DNA from: a virus
Taxonomy: Duplodnaviria > Heunggongvirae > Uroviricota > Caudoviricetes
Direction: 5' to 3' (one strand)
DNA length: 64,000 nucleotides
Virus record (IMG/VR): IMGVR_UViG_3300037067_008064
Span: 64,001 to 128,000 of that record
Below the pieces are notes generated by a model. It ran no database searches. It was given only the letters and a program-made list of their open reading frames with translations, and was not told where the DNA came from. This document shows positions 1 through 9,407 of the stretch, piece by piece (positions within the stretch are counted from its first letter, which is position 1; each line of letters opens with the position of its first letter). The position numbers were made by a program, and so were the translations under genes.

Positions 1-1
1 C

Positions 2-1270
2 TCTATATAAACCAACTTGTACTAATCTAATCATATTTTGAATTTGATATTGGTCTTTTCTAAGTTTTCTTAAGGCTGCTAAACTTTTTAATTTTAATTT
101 AAAAATATTAATAACATTAAAGTCATTATCTTTCTTTTCTTCTTCATCCTTTCCTTCACCTGTATCTATTGTTAATATAAATTTATCAGTGGATGGATTA
201 AAATATTGATTAGGATCAAAAAGCGGATGCCATTTTAAATTTCTGTAAAGTTCTTCTGTTAAACTCGTTCTTTCTAAATCATTAAAAATATATTCCTTTT
301 GTATTTTACTCATAAATCCGAGTGATTTTGCACCCATTAATAATCTTGAACTTATATTAAATTGTAATTCAAATTCTTGTGCAAATTCTTCCTCTCCATA
401 ATCTTTTTTCATTTGTTCTACCCACGCATCATCATGATCTGGAACTTCCCAATAATCTACTCTAATTGGAACAAATGAATTTTCTCCCCTATTTGCTTTA
501 TCCCATATATCGTAAAATTTATTAGTTGTTCCTTCTGGAGTGGATGAAATTATACATTGTGATATTAAAGAAGATGAAAGTGTAGGATATACAGATTTCC
601 AAAATTTATTAACAATATTATGTTGAATGTGTGCAAATTCATCTGCATATAAAACATGTAATGTAAAACCAATTTGTGCTGTCATTGTAGTCGCTTGTGA
701 AAATAATTGGCAGCCATTATCTAAACGCATTCCCAAAGCACCAATATTTAAAATTCCTGGTTTTAAAAAGAATGGTAATCCTTTAAAAACTTCAATAACT
801 TTTGATACAATTTCAATAGTAGTCGTTTGTTTATTAGCAAGAATAGCTAAATTACGATCAATGTGGAAACATAAATACCAAGCAAAAAATGCGGCAACAG
901 TTGTGGTTTTTCCTGTTTGCCTACTTGCCATTAAAATAACATTTCTATTTTTAGCACCATAATCATCTAATTTAGATATGAAATGTTGTTCTGCAAGTGT
1001 CTTTAAAATTTTAATTTGTTTAGGTCTTAGTTTAACTATTATTCTTCCCCAATCTGTTAAAAACTTACAATAATTTTCTACAAAATATATTATATCATTT
1101 GAACATTTATCAAATTCTTCTACTTCTGCTTGGGTTAATTTAAAAAAAATATTGCCGGCTTTTAATTCTATATCTCTTTCATAGAAGCACGACATATCTC
1201 CTTGCATATTAAATCGCAATTTATCCAATACTTCATTTATGGTTTGCGTTGACCAAACTTTGCCGTCCAT
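2..1270 (-). CDS. terL: Terminase large subunit, T4 gp17-like (runs off left edge; missed by ORF track)
   Basis: Manual translation from ATG at 1270: Walker A ASRQTGKT, Walker B LYADEFAH, coupling motif SSTPEG, nuclease motif IDTGEG; frame stays open to the window edge. Confidence 0.95.
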   Translation of the reverse strand, partial: MDGKVWSTQTINEVLDKLRFNMQGDMSCFYERDIELKAGNIFFKLTQAEVEEFDKCSNDIIYFVENYCKFLTDWGRIIVKLRPKQIKILKTLAEQHFISKLDDYGAKNRNVILMASRQTGKTTTVAAFFAWYLCFHIDRNLAILANKQTTTIEIVSKVIEVFKGLPFFLKPGILNIGALGMRLDNGCQLFSQATTMTAQIGFTLHVLYADEFAHIQHNIVNKFWKSVYPTLSSSLISQCIISSTPEGTTNKFYDIWDKANRGENSFVPIRVDYWEVPDHDDAWVEQMKKDYGEEEFAQEFELQFNISSRLLMGAKSLGFMSKIQKEYIFNDLERTSLTEELYRNLKWHPLFDPNQYFNPSTDKFILTIDTGEGKDEEEKKDNDFNVINIFKLKLKSLAALRKLRKDQYQIQNMIRLVQVGLYR

Positions 1271-1283
1271 GATTTTATTCTTT

Positions 1284-1925
1284 TTATTCTATGATTGTTT
1301 GACTTTCATCTATGATTTCATTAGATGATGAATCTTGCATTCTTTTTTTAACATTTCTTATTAATTCTTTTGAACCATAAGAAATAATATCACCATTACC
1401 ATTGGTTAAAAGATTATTATTACCACTATTAACTGGTCCTAATGTTTCTGTTTCTTTTTCTTTAATATCAGATTTAATATCTTTATATCCATTTTTAATT
1501 ACTTCAACAGTTTGTAATAATTGTTTATTTAAATTTGCAATTGTTGCTGAAAGGCCATAAAAAACTTCAAACATTCTTGGGTGTAATGCTCCTCTTTTAA
1601 CTTCTTCCATTAAAGCTTTTTGCATTGATTCATTGCACTTTATTTGATATAACATTCCAGATAAAGAAAAAATATCCACATTCATTTTAGATTGAATGAT
1701 ATTATTATTATTTATCATATCATCACTCAAAGAAAATCCTATTGAATTCAATATTATTTGTTTTGCTTCAATGTCACAGCTTTTTCTAACTTCATCAAAA
1801 TCAACATCCATTGTTGATTCTAATTGTAATTCTGGAGAATTATCTGTAGGAATATTATGTTCTATATTTTCTTGTGAACCATTTAGTAATTTTTCTAGTT
1901 CATCTCTTTCATCTCTTACTTTCAT
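1284..1925 (-). CDS. terS: Terminase small subunit, T4 gp16-like
   Basis: HPRMFEVFYGL and SYGSKELI resemble gp16 motifs (HPRxxEV, xVGSTxEL); directly upstream of terL. Confidence 0.7.
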   Translation of the reverse strand: MKVRDERDELEKLLNGSQENIEHNIPTDNSPELQLESTMDVDFDEVRKSCDIEAKQIILNSIGFSLSDDMINNNNIIQSKMNVDIFSLSGMLYQIKCNESMQKALMEEVKRGALHPRMFEVFYGLSATIANLNKQLLQTVEVIKNGYKDIKSDIKEKETETLGPVNSGNNNLLTNGNGDIISYGSKELIRNVKKRMQDSSSNEIIDESQTIIE

Positions 1926-1926
1926 A

Positions 1927-3537
1927 TTATTTATGTTTGCTTATATATGGTGCTAAAAACTTAGGATCTGCGTTGTCCATTAAAATTGCATAATCTGCAT
2001 CTGACGTAAAATACATTAATAAATTATTTACTTGTTTTTCATCTTCAATTGTTACATTAAAAATTCTTAAATGTGTGAAATATGCTTGTGATTTATTTAA
2101 ATGATATAAACCAATATTGAAATTTTCTGGAACTAATGATTGTGTTTCATTATGAATAGACACTAATTTATTTGAATAATCTTGAGTATCATTTATTTTC
2201 CAAATATTAGTATTAAATTGTTTCCATGTACTTCCTATATTAGCTGTAAATCCATACCAAATATTATCTTCTAATTTTTCTGATAAAATTGAGATATAAA
2301 TTTGTTGATTAAATTTCATTTTAATATATTGGTTAGCGTATAATTCTATTTTGAAATTTTCATTACTTGAATCAATTAAACATAATGGAGCTTTTACTTG
2401 CATTTTATAATTTAATAATGTAGTCCAATCTGATTTAATATCACTTAAATATGTAATTATTTTTTCATCTATTTTACAATAATAAATTTTTTCACTAACT
2501 ACAATAACTGTTGCATAAAAATTCATTGCACCCGGTTTTGATATAATAAATGTATCACCTACATTAAAAATTTTAGATGTTTTAAAAGCTATTTTATAAT
2601 TAGCAGAAGGGTCATATGTTGTATCTTCTATAATATAATTTACATCATAAATATCAGTATCAAATGTTTTTAAAGAAAACCAAGCTGTTAAAGATTTATC
2701 TGTATCGGTTGTAAAAATATCATCAATATTATATTGTATCACATGACTACTATCTTTAGTAAAGTACATATCATAATATGATTCAGCAACTACAGTTCCA
2801 TATACATTTATATCATTTCTTATTGCATTAATTGATGGGTCTAAAGATTTATATAAATCTCTTGAAGTGGAATTAAATTGGCTAAATTGTTGTTTATCTG
2901 TCAATTTATTAACATTTTTTTGAATTGCATCACCAAAAATTTCAGCTTCTGAAACTGTATATTGATCAATAGTATCTTTAAGTGCAGCACCTTCTCTTCT
3001 TTCTGCTTTTGGTACATGTTTTTTTAATCTTACTTTCCATGTAGTTATTTGTTCCATAAATCCTCTATGTAAAAATGAAGATTCTATGTCATATAATAAA
3101 TTTGGAATAACTAAATACACAATATCATCTTTTTGTGGTGCAGTTCCAGCACCAACTTTATCTTCCCAATATAACTTATCTATTTCTACTTCTAATGGAA
3201 TTTCATATTGTAACCCCATTAAATCATAATTGTATTTATCTGGAAATTTACTATCTTTTGGAAATACAACTTTAACATCATGCGGGCATTCTTCTACATC
3301 TGATAAAGTATATTCTTGAAAAATTACATCTTTGCTTCTTTGACTTGGCACTGCTCTAAACCATTTAGTATCAGCACCTATCATTTGATTTATAGCATAA
3401 TTTATGGATTTATAAGTAGTAATTGCTGATAAAATTTTGTTCATATCAAACATGTTTGATGAACCGGCACAATTTTGATTAATTAATAAATTGTTTTTTG
3501 GATATGCACCAGATATATTTTGTGAATCATCAGCCAT
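1927..3537 (-). CDS. Neck/head-closure protein, T4 gp14-like N-terminus with beta-rich (ConA/LamG-like) C-terminal extension
   Basis: N-terminal IGADTKWFR...DVIFQEY...MGLQYEIPLEVEI...PQKDDIVYL pattern; position next to terminase. Confidence 0.65.
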   Translation of the reverse strand: MADDSQNISGAYPKNNLLINQNCAGSSNMFDMNKILSAITTYKSINYAINQMIGADTKWFRAVPSQRSKDVIFQEYTLSDVEECPHDVKVVFPKDSKFPDKYNYDLMGLQYEIPLEVEIDKLYWEDKVGAGTAPQKDDIVYLVIPNLLYDIESSFLHRGFMEQITTWKVRLKKHVPKAERREGAALKDTIDQYTVSEAEIFGDAIQKNVNKLTDKQQFSQFNSTSRDLYKSLDPSINAIRNDINVYGTVVAESYYDMYFTKDSSHVIQYNIDDIFTTDTDKSLTAWFSLKTFDTDIYDVNYIIEDTTYDPSANYKIAFKTSKIFNVGDTFIISKPGAMNFYATVIVVSEKIYYCKIDEKIITYLSDIKSDWTTLLNYKMQVKAPLCLIDSSNENFKIELYANQYIKMKFNQQIYISILSEKLEDNIWYGFTANIGSTWKQFNTNIWKINDTQDYSNKLVSIHNETQSLVPENFNIGLYHLNKSQAYFTHLRIFNVTIEDEKQVNNLLMYFTSDADYAILMDNADPKFLAPYISKHK

Positions 3538-3565
3538 TATTACTATTTTATTTTATATATTCTTA

Positions 3566-3826
3566 TTACCAGTATTTTTTAGGACACCCATCAATACTTT
3601 TTTTATTTTCATCTAATTCATAATTTACTTTAGTTTTGGCTTTTAATATACAGCCACATATAGAACACTGTAATTTATTTTCAGTAATATATGAGCATGA
3701 ATAACATATATTTAATCTTGTTTCATATATTTTTCTATTTTTAAGTTTTATAAATAATGATAAAAATAAATTTAAAAATCCATTAAAAATTGGTTTTATA
3801 TTCATAAATTTAAATTTTAAATCCAT
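3566..3826 (-). CDS. Small Cys-rich, probably Zn-binding phage protein
   Basis: RLNICYSC...CSICGC...KTK...CPKKYW. Confidence 0.6.
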   Translation of the reverse strand: MDLKFKFMNIKPIFNGFLNLFLSLFIKLKNRKIYETRLNICYSCSYITENKLQCSICGCILKAKTKVNYELDENKKSIDGCPKKYW

Positions 3827-4170
3827 TCACTATATGGCCTACCCATATTATTATTCCATAAAGCATTAATTTGATCTTGATCTAAAGTAATATTCCAAAT
3901 TGCAACTTGGTCTATTAAACCATTGAATAATTGGTCTGGTGTATATGTGCTATTATGTAATGCAGCAAAATAATCTCTAACTGTAGTGGTTGTTTGTTGC
4001 ATAAACCCATTTCCTCCGGGTGTAGTTTTAACTAAATTTCCATTTAAATATAATTTCATTACACTTATATCTCTTGTATATACAATATGATTCCAATTAT
4101 TAGTCCATATATCAGAACCAGGACTATATGTAACAGCCGCAGCCGTATCTGTGCTATCATAATAAGTCAT
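3817..4170 (-). CDS. LamG/ConA-like domain protein (C-terminal half only)
   Basis: WNHIVYT, KLYLNG, FNGLIDQVAIWN motifs; N-terminal strands absent. Confidence 0.7.
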   Translation of the reverse strand: MTYYDSTDTAAAVTYSPGSDIWTNNWNHIVYTRDISVMKLYLNGNLVKTTPGGNGFMQQTTTTVRDYFAALHNSTYTPDQLFNGLIDQVAIWNITLDQDQINALWNNNMGRPYSEWI

Positions 4171-4215
4171 AAAGACATTGTTTAATATTTTTTTATAAAG
4201 ACAACTTATTAAACA

Positions 4216-4995
4216 TTATACTCGTTTATTTATTTTAGTAATATCATACTTAGATATACCATTGATTTTTCCAATCATTGCATTAGTCACATTATTTAAT
4301 TTATTCGGCCAACCGGTTGGATAAGGATAAGTTCTACCAATTCCTTTATTATACACAGCTTCTATTTCATTATCTGTAAGTAATCTATTCCAAATTGAAA
4401 ATTCGTCCATTTTACCATCAAAATATAATCTGTTACCACCAAGAATAGAATAACCCATATTCCAAGCGGCAGTATTACTTGTATCACCCGTCACAGCACT
4501 TACATCTTTACTATCTACATTTATTCCATTTTTATATAATGTTACAATTCTATTTGTTGCATTATGTGAAACTGCTAAATGTGTCCATTCACCTGTAGAA
4601 ATAGATGTATCAGATACTTTTGAACCATTAACTGTAGAACTACGCATTCCAAATTGAATTCTACAAGTTGGTACTTGAATTGCTATTCCGTGTCTAAAAT
4701 AAGAACCCGCTATTCCTATAAATTTTCCAGTTATTCCTGTTATTGTGTCTGCATTAACCCATATTGATACTGTATAACTATCTGTTATTGCGAAGTTTAA
4801 GTTTGCTGGGGACGCAGCAGATCCTATTGTTATAGTATTGTTTACACCATCAAAATCGTAACAATTACCTATTATTCCACCAGCTGAAAATGTAGCCCCA
4901 TTTACTGTTGCATTAGTTCCACCTGCTACGCTATCATTTGCGTTTGCTGTGAAAGCGTAATAATGTATTAAATTATTTGCTAATTCGTTTGCCAT
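4216..4995 (-). CDS. LamG/ConA-like lectin-fold virion protein
   Basis: FDGVNN, TVSIWVN, WTHLAVS, LYKNG, FDGKMDEFSIWNR motifs. Confidence 0.85.
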   Translation of the reverse strand: MANELANNLIHYYAFTANANDSVAGGTNATVNGATFSAGGIIGNCYDFDGVNNTITIGSAASPANLNFAITDSYTVSIWVNADTITGITGKFIGIAGSYFRHGIAIQVPTCRIQFGMRSSTVNGSKVSDTSISTGEWTHLAVSHNATNRIVTLYKNGINVDSKDVSAVTGDTSNTAAWNMGYSILGGNRLYFDGKMDEFSIWNRLLTDNEIEAVYNKGIGRTYPYPTGWPNKLNNVTNAMIGKINGISKYDITKINKRV

Positions 4996-4999
4996 ATTA

Positions 5000-5674
5000 T
5001 TATACTATTTCTATTATTGTTGTATCTGGATTAAATAAAATTCTATTAGGATGTGTAATCGTACCAATAACTTGAACAGTATTACCAGATATATAATTAC
5101 TTACATCTTCAACTAATTTTCCGGCCGGTGTTCTATTTAAATAAACTTGTTGTCCTATTTTCGTGAAGTTCCAAGTATCATATCTTATAGACCCCTGTAA
5201 TAAAACACTAACATCATTAGTGGCAGTTTTATGTTCTAAGGACATTCCTATAACTGGTACTTTAGTAGATATACTTGCATCTGCTTTATAAACAGCACCA
5301 TTAGTATTTAAATATAAAACATCACCAAATGATACATCTTCTCCTAAATAGAAAGTTGATTGAATACCATTTGAAAGTAAAGATGTTCCTAATGAAGCAT
5401 TTATTGTGAAAATTGATGTAATTCCACTTGTTCCTGAAGAACCAGTTTCACCTACTCCACCCGAAGTTCCTGATGTTGAACTTGTTCCTGAAGAACCAGT
5501 TCCACCTACACTACCTGATGTACCTGATGTACCTATTCCACTAGTTCCTGATGAACCAGTTCCACCTACACTACCTGATGTACCAGATGTACCGGTCCCA
5601 GATGTCCCAGATGTGCCGGTCCCAGATGTACCACCACCGCCCTGCCCTAAATAATCAGATAATCTTATATCCAT
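5000..5674 (-). CDS. Gly/Ser/Thr-repeat (GTSG)n virion fibre/decoration-like protein
   Basis: About 70 residues of GTSG repeats followed by GDVLYL...YKADAS...VIG decoration-like domain. Confidence 0.6.
   Translation of the reverse strand: MDIRLSDYLGQGGGGTSGTGTSGTSGTGTSGTSGSVGGTGSSGTSGIGTSGTSGSVGGTGSSGTSSTSGTSGGVGETGSSGTSGITSIFTINASLGTSLLSNGIQSTFYLGEDVSFGDVLYLNTNGAVYKADASISTKVPVIGMSLEHKTATNDVSVLLQGSIRYDTWNFTKIGQQVYLNRTPAGKLVEDVSNYISGNTVQVIGTITHPNRILFNPDTTIIEIV
5420..5640 (-). repeat. Coding low-complexity repeat (GTSG/GSSG units); boundaries approximate
   Basis: Repeated accagttccacctacactacctgatgtac-type units on + strand. Confidence 0.85.
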
Positions 5675-5679
5675 AGATT

Positions 5680-5976
5680 TTAATTTGTGTTTACAATAAA
5701 GAATTTAACATCTCCAGAATTAATAGATACTAAAGTATATTTAATTTCTAGATATAAATATTTATTATTTTGAATATTAACAAAATTGCCTTGATTTAAA
5801 GTTTGCCATGAAGACCAATATTCATAATTATATGACCAACGAAATTCCTTTTTAAGAAAAGAACCATTACTATTATCATTATAGTTAATTAATAAATTAA
5901 TATCTTTCATGGGAATAGTATTTTTAAAAACTATAATATTTTCATTTTTAGTTCTTTCAAAAGAATTAAATTGCAT
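5680..5976 (-). CDS. Hypothetical structural-region protein
   Basis: ORF in structural cluster behind AATAAATATAAA motif. Confidence 0.55.
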   Translation of the reverse strand: MQFNSFERTKNENIIVFKNTIPMKDINLLINYNDNSNGSFLKKEFRWSYNYEYWSSWQTLNQGNFVNIQNNKYLYLEIKYTLVSINSGDVKFFIVNTN

Positions 5977-6025
5977 GTGTTAAATCTTATTTTTATATTT
6001 ATTCATCAAAAAAAATGGCACATAA

Positions 6026-6051
6026 AAAAAGCTGCCAATTGGCAGCTTTTT
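6026..6051. terminator. Intrinsic terminator (perfect 26-bp palindrome)
   Basis: aaaaagctgccaattggcagcttttt at the 3' end of the 6050..6844 gene. Confidence 0.85.
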
Positions 6052-6844
6052 AATTTAATTTTTTAATAATTTTGAAAACATTATGAAGTCCCTCTAATCC
6101 AATTCCATTTTTATTATCAAAATAATCTGATAAAATTATTTTTGGTTTATGTGATATAAACATTTTGTTTTGTTCTTTAAATATTATATCAGGGTAAATA
6201 GATTCAATAAATTTTCTTTTATTTCTTTTATCTCCAATTCCAATTAAAATTTTATTATCTAAATTTTTAAATAATTTCTGTAAAATTTCTGTTCTAGTGA
6301 ATCCTAAGTGATTCACTAAGGTACTTTTTTGGTCACAGTGAATCCTAAGTGATTCACTGAGACCATTTTTAAGAAGAAAATTATAAGTTTTAATATAATC
6401 CTTTTGTGAAATGTTATCGTATGGCCAGACGCGCTCAGTACTTCTTGGCAATGGTCTAAGATTAATTATACATTCATCTTCTCTATTTAATCTTTTTTCA
6501 ATATAATAATTTAAAATTAATTTATCTTCAATACTTAATTTATTAAACCATTTATCATTATTAGATTCTAATGCTAATATTAATCTTGAAATAAATTGAA
6601 TAAAAATACTTTTAACTGGTGCACAATCAGCTTCTGTTAACATAAAACCATTTTCCCATTTATCATTAAGAACATAAATATTATTTTTTAATATATATGA
6701 TTTTATTCTAGTTAAATAAGTTAATATGGTTGCAGATTCACTTAATCCAAATTCATTGCCAAAGAAAACATAATGAGCAGAAGTAAAATTACCCTGCCCA
6801 ATATATGCATTTAATAGTTCATATTGTTCTTTACTTAATTTCAT
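6050..6844 (-). CDS. Hypothetical protein; N-terminal GNxxxxYxFxGxExG motif reminiscent of UDG-like folds
   Basis: GQGNFTSAHYVFFGNEFG; function not established. Confidence 0.5.
   Translation of the reverse strand: MKLSKEQYELLNAYIGQGNFTSAHYVFFGNEFGLSESATILTYLTRIKSYILKNNIYVLNDKWENGFMLTEADCAPVKSIFIQFISRLILALESNNDKWFNKLSIEDKLILNYYIEKRLNREDECIINLRPLPRSTERVWPYDNISQKDYIKTYNFLLKNGLSESLRIHCDQKSTLVNHLGFTRTEILQKLFKNLDNKILIGIGDKRNKRKFIESIYPDIIFKEQNKMFISHKPKIILSDYFDNKNGIGLEGLHNVFKIIKKLN
6296..6358. repeat. Two exact 22-nt palindromic direct repeats (period 41) inside a CDS
   Basis: agtgaatc-ctaagt-gattcact at 6296-6317 and 6337-6358. Confidence 0.95.
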
Positions 6845-7344
6845 TATCTATTAAGTATTTCAATTGCTTTTTCCACATCATTATCTGTAATACCAGTATA
6901 TCTATCAACTAAAATAAAATTATCTTTTTGCCAAAGTAACATATCTGAATCATCATCTAGTATTACATAATTTTTATAATCCCAATATTTACCAACTAAA
7001 TCCTGATTATCTTTAATCCATTTTAAAATTTCATTTCCTCTAACTATATGGTCACCGTGTAATATAGGTGTTGCATCTATAATTTCTCCAGTAAATCCAA
7101 AAAATTCTAGTATTTTTTGTAATTCTTCTATTGTTCTACCATATCTCCATGTTGAAGAAATAATAATTTTGGCATTAGTTTTTTCACATATTAAAGAAAT
7201 TTTTTGAACACTAATGGGGTCAATTTCAGATAAAGGATATTCTAATTCTTTATATGTTCCATTTTTCATTTCATCAAATCTTTTATTATAAAAAATTTCA
7301 TGATTTAAAACTCCATCAATATCTAAAATTAAAAGTTTAATCAC
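6844..7344 (-). CDS. HAD-superfamily phosphatase (RNA-repair-associated HAD_SAK-like)
   Basis: LILDIDGVLN, ISSTWR, RGNEI, VILDDDSD motifs. Confidence 0.85.
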   Translation of the reverse strand: MIKLLILDIDGVLNHEIFYNKRFDEMKNGTYKELEYPLSEIDPISVQKISLICEKTNAKIIISSTWRYGRTIEELQKILEFFGFTGEIIDATPILHGDHIVRGNEILKWIKDNQDLVGKYWDYKNYVILDDDSDMLLWQKDNFILVDRYTGITDNDVEKAIEILNR

Positions 7345-7981
7345 TTGTATCTCTTAATTCTCTTATTTCTCTATTATATAAATCAATGTTTTTATTTCTT
7401 AGTCTATCAAACCAATCATTGGTTTTAATTTTACAATAATATAAATTATTTTCTTTTTTATTAGGAATTAAACCTTTATCAACAACCCCCTCTTTTAATT
7501 TGAATTTGTTGGTTTTAACATTATTAACAAATTCACGATTTAAATTTCCTTCATAAATAATTTCAGGAATTCCTACTTTAGAAAAATCTTTTATAAATTG
7601 TTTTGGATGTACAAATCCTTTTTTATATTGATCTACATCAAATAAAGTTATATTAAAAATTCCATTTTTAAAATCGTGCTGACCAAATTCAGATGTATCT
7701 GAGTAAAGCTCAGCAAAACAAACTAATGATAATATATTTCTATATGTTTTGCTTTTAAATATTGATGACAGCGGTTCATTATACTTATTTAAAAATAAAT
7801 CAATAGCAAACCCAAATTGATCATGCTGCCTATTAAATAAAACATTCCGGGTTCCAAATTTATAAAATCCTCTTTTTTGAGAAAATTCAAATCTTAGATT
7901 TGAACCATCTAATTTATTGAAAGCTATTATTGGAAGACCCCAATAATCACCATAATAATAAATTTCTGGATATGCTTGCAT
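7337..7981 (-). CDS. RNA ligase-like nucleotidyltransferase (Rnl2-like)
   Basis: Motif I KLDGSN, motif IV EGVV, motif V KIKT. Confidence 0.75.
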   Translation of the reverse strand: MQAYPEIYYYGDYWGLPIIAFNKLDGSNLRFEFSQKRGFYKFGTRNVLFNRQHDQFGFAIDLFLNKYNEPLSSIFKSKTYRNILSLVCFAELYSDTSEFGQHDFKNGIFNITLFDVDQYKKGFVHPKQFIKDFSKVGIPEIIYEGNLNREFVNNVKTNKFKLKEGVVDKGLIPNKKENNLYYCKIKTNDWFDRLRNKNIDLYNREIRELRDTSD

Positions 7982-8460
7982 TATCCTCTCCCTTCATGAT
8001 CTAATACACCAAATTCTTTTAGCTTTTTAAAATCAGGATGACTCATCATTGCTTGTTGTTTTGGTTTTCTCATTTGTGGAAATACATGAAGCCTCATATG
8101 ATTTAATACAATATAATAAATTAATTCAGGGTCTGCACCCATATCTTTAATCCATTGTTCATATTTTTTTACATATTTAGCAGAAACAAATTCATGACCA
8201 TAAGATATTGGAAATCCTTTTGGACCTATTTTAGTTGTTGCAGCTTTTCCTAAATCATGAAATAATGCAGCAATGATTAAATTAATATCATTAGTTTTTA
8301 GTGCTTCATAAAACACTAATTTAATATGTTCATAAGCACTACCTTCCTTATGATAATCTTCTCTTTGAGGAGTATCTTTAAGTTTATCAAATACTTCTTT
8401 TAATTCTTGTGGAAGTAAAGAAATATATTCATTAAATTTATCTATAAATTGTGCTTTCAT
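7981..8460 (-). CDS. HD-domain phosphohydrolase
   Basis: YHKEGSAYEH...LFHDLGK...GHE...NHM. Confidence 0.85.
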   Translation of the reverse strand: MKAQFIDKFNEYISLLPQELKEVFDKLKDTPQREDYHKEGSAYEHIKLVFYEALKTNDINLIIAALFHDLGKAATTKIGPKGFPISYGHEFVSAKYVKKYEQWIKDMGADPELIYYIVLNHMRLHVFPQMRKPKQQAMMSHPDFKKLKEFGVLDHEGRG

Positions 8461-8684
8461 TAATTGGGACTAATATTTCTAAATTTTTTATTATCTAATA
8501 CCATGGGCATAATAACTTCTCTTAGATACTTTTGAATATGAGTAGCTAATAAATAATCAGTACCAGTACCAATTGAACCTAATAAAGCATTAACCATAAT
8601 AAATACATTATTATCTTGTTCAACTTCTGCTATTTTAGCTATATTTTCTAAAGCTTTAACTATTTCTGGATTATGCTCTTTCAT
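8460..8684 (-). CDS. Hypothetical protein
   Basis: Abutting ORF in operon. Confidence 0.55.
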   Translation of the reverse strand: MKEHNPEIVKALENIAKIAEVEQDNNVFIMVNALLGSIGTGTDYLLATHIQKYLREVIMPMVLDNKKFRNISPN

Positions 8685-9048
8685 ATAAAAATTTTAATAA
8701 TTGTTTTTTAGTGATATTAACGTTATCATTGTAGGTGATTCCGCCATTTTGTAATTCAACCACAAGATGAAGATGATACAAATTATCATGTTCTTTAATT
8801 GATACAATTGTCCAATCTGTAAAACCCGGGATTTTATATCTTTGATAAAATGAACCCGTTTCACTATTATCAAACCCATTTGGTATTCTTAATGTTTTAT
8901 TAATTAACAAAGATATATCTAATGGTTTTAATAAATCTTTTGATGTAATTCTTTTTAGTTTAAGTATTTCCATTGCTTTTATTTTTTGAATAAAATATGG
9001 TTCAATATTTTTATTTTCTTTCATCATTTTTATATTTATACAAAACAA
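8671..9048 (-). CDS. Hypothetical protein (true start probably downstream)
   Basis: ORF in operon. Confidence 0.5.
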   Translation of the reverse strand: MFCINIKMMKENKNIEPYFIQKIKAMEILKLKRITSKDLLKPLDISLLINKTLRIPNGFDNSETGSFYQRYKIPGFTDWTIVSIKEHDNLYHLHLVVELQNGGITYNDNVNITKKQLLKFLYERA

Positions 9049-9317
9049 GCAAAATATTCACCTTCATAAGCCATCCAATTAAGTTTTGCGAGTTCAATGC
9101 AATCCTCATCTGTTATACCTTTTTCAATAGCATCTTCAATAGCAATTGAATAAATAATATCATGTTCTGCACATTGAATAACACGATTTGTGTATTTTGA
9201 TAATATTTGAAGTCCTACTAAAGCATGATCACATTTCATTTTATGAATCTCAGATTCATATTCTTCAAATATTTTAAGAATTTCTTCTTTACGTTTTTCA
9301 ATTTCTTTCCAATCCAT
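9036..9317 (-). CDS. Hypothetical protein
   Basis: ORF in operon. Confidence 0.55.
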   Translation of the reverse strand: MDWKEIEKRKEEILKIFEEYESEIHKMKCDHALVGLQILSKYTNRVIQCAEHDIIYSIAIEDAIEKGITDEDCIELAKLNWMAYEGEYFACFV

Positions 9318-9407
9318 TATTTTTTATTTTTAACATTTTAATATAATTCTTGACAATTCTATTAAAAGCAGCAATGGCTTCTAAATCTTGTTTTGTTATT
9401 TTAGTTT

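Noticed and set aside
3817-5674. Diversity-generating retroelement targeting the LamG genes
   Set aside because: No reverse transcriptase and no template/variable repeat pair differing at adenines was seen
6296-6358. CRISPR array
   Set aside because: Only two repeats, 19-nt spacer, inside a CDS, no cas genes; kept only as an unexplained repeat
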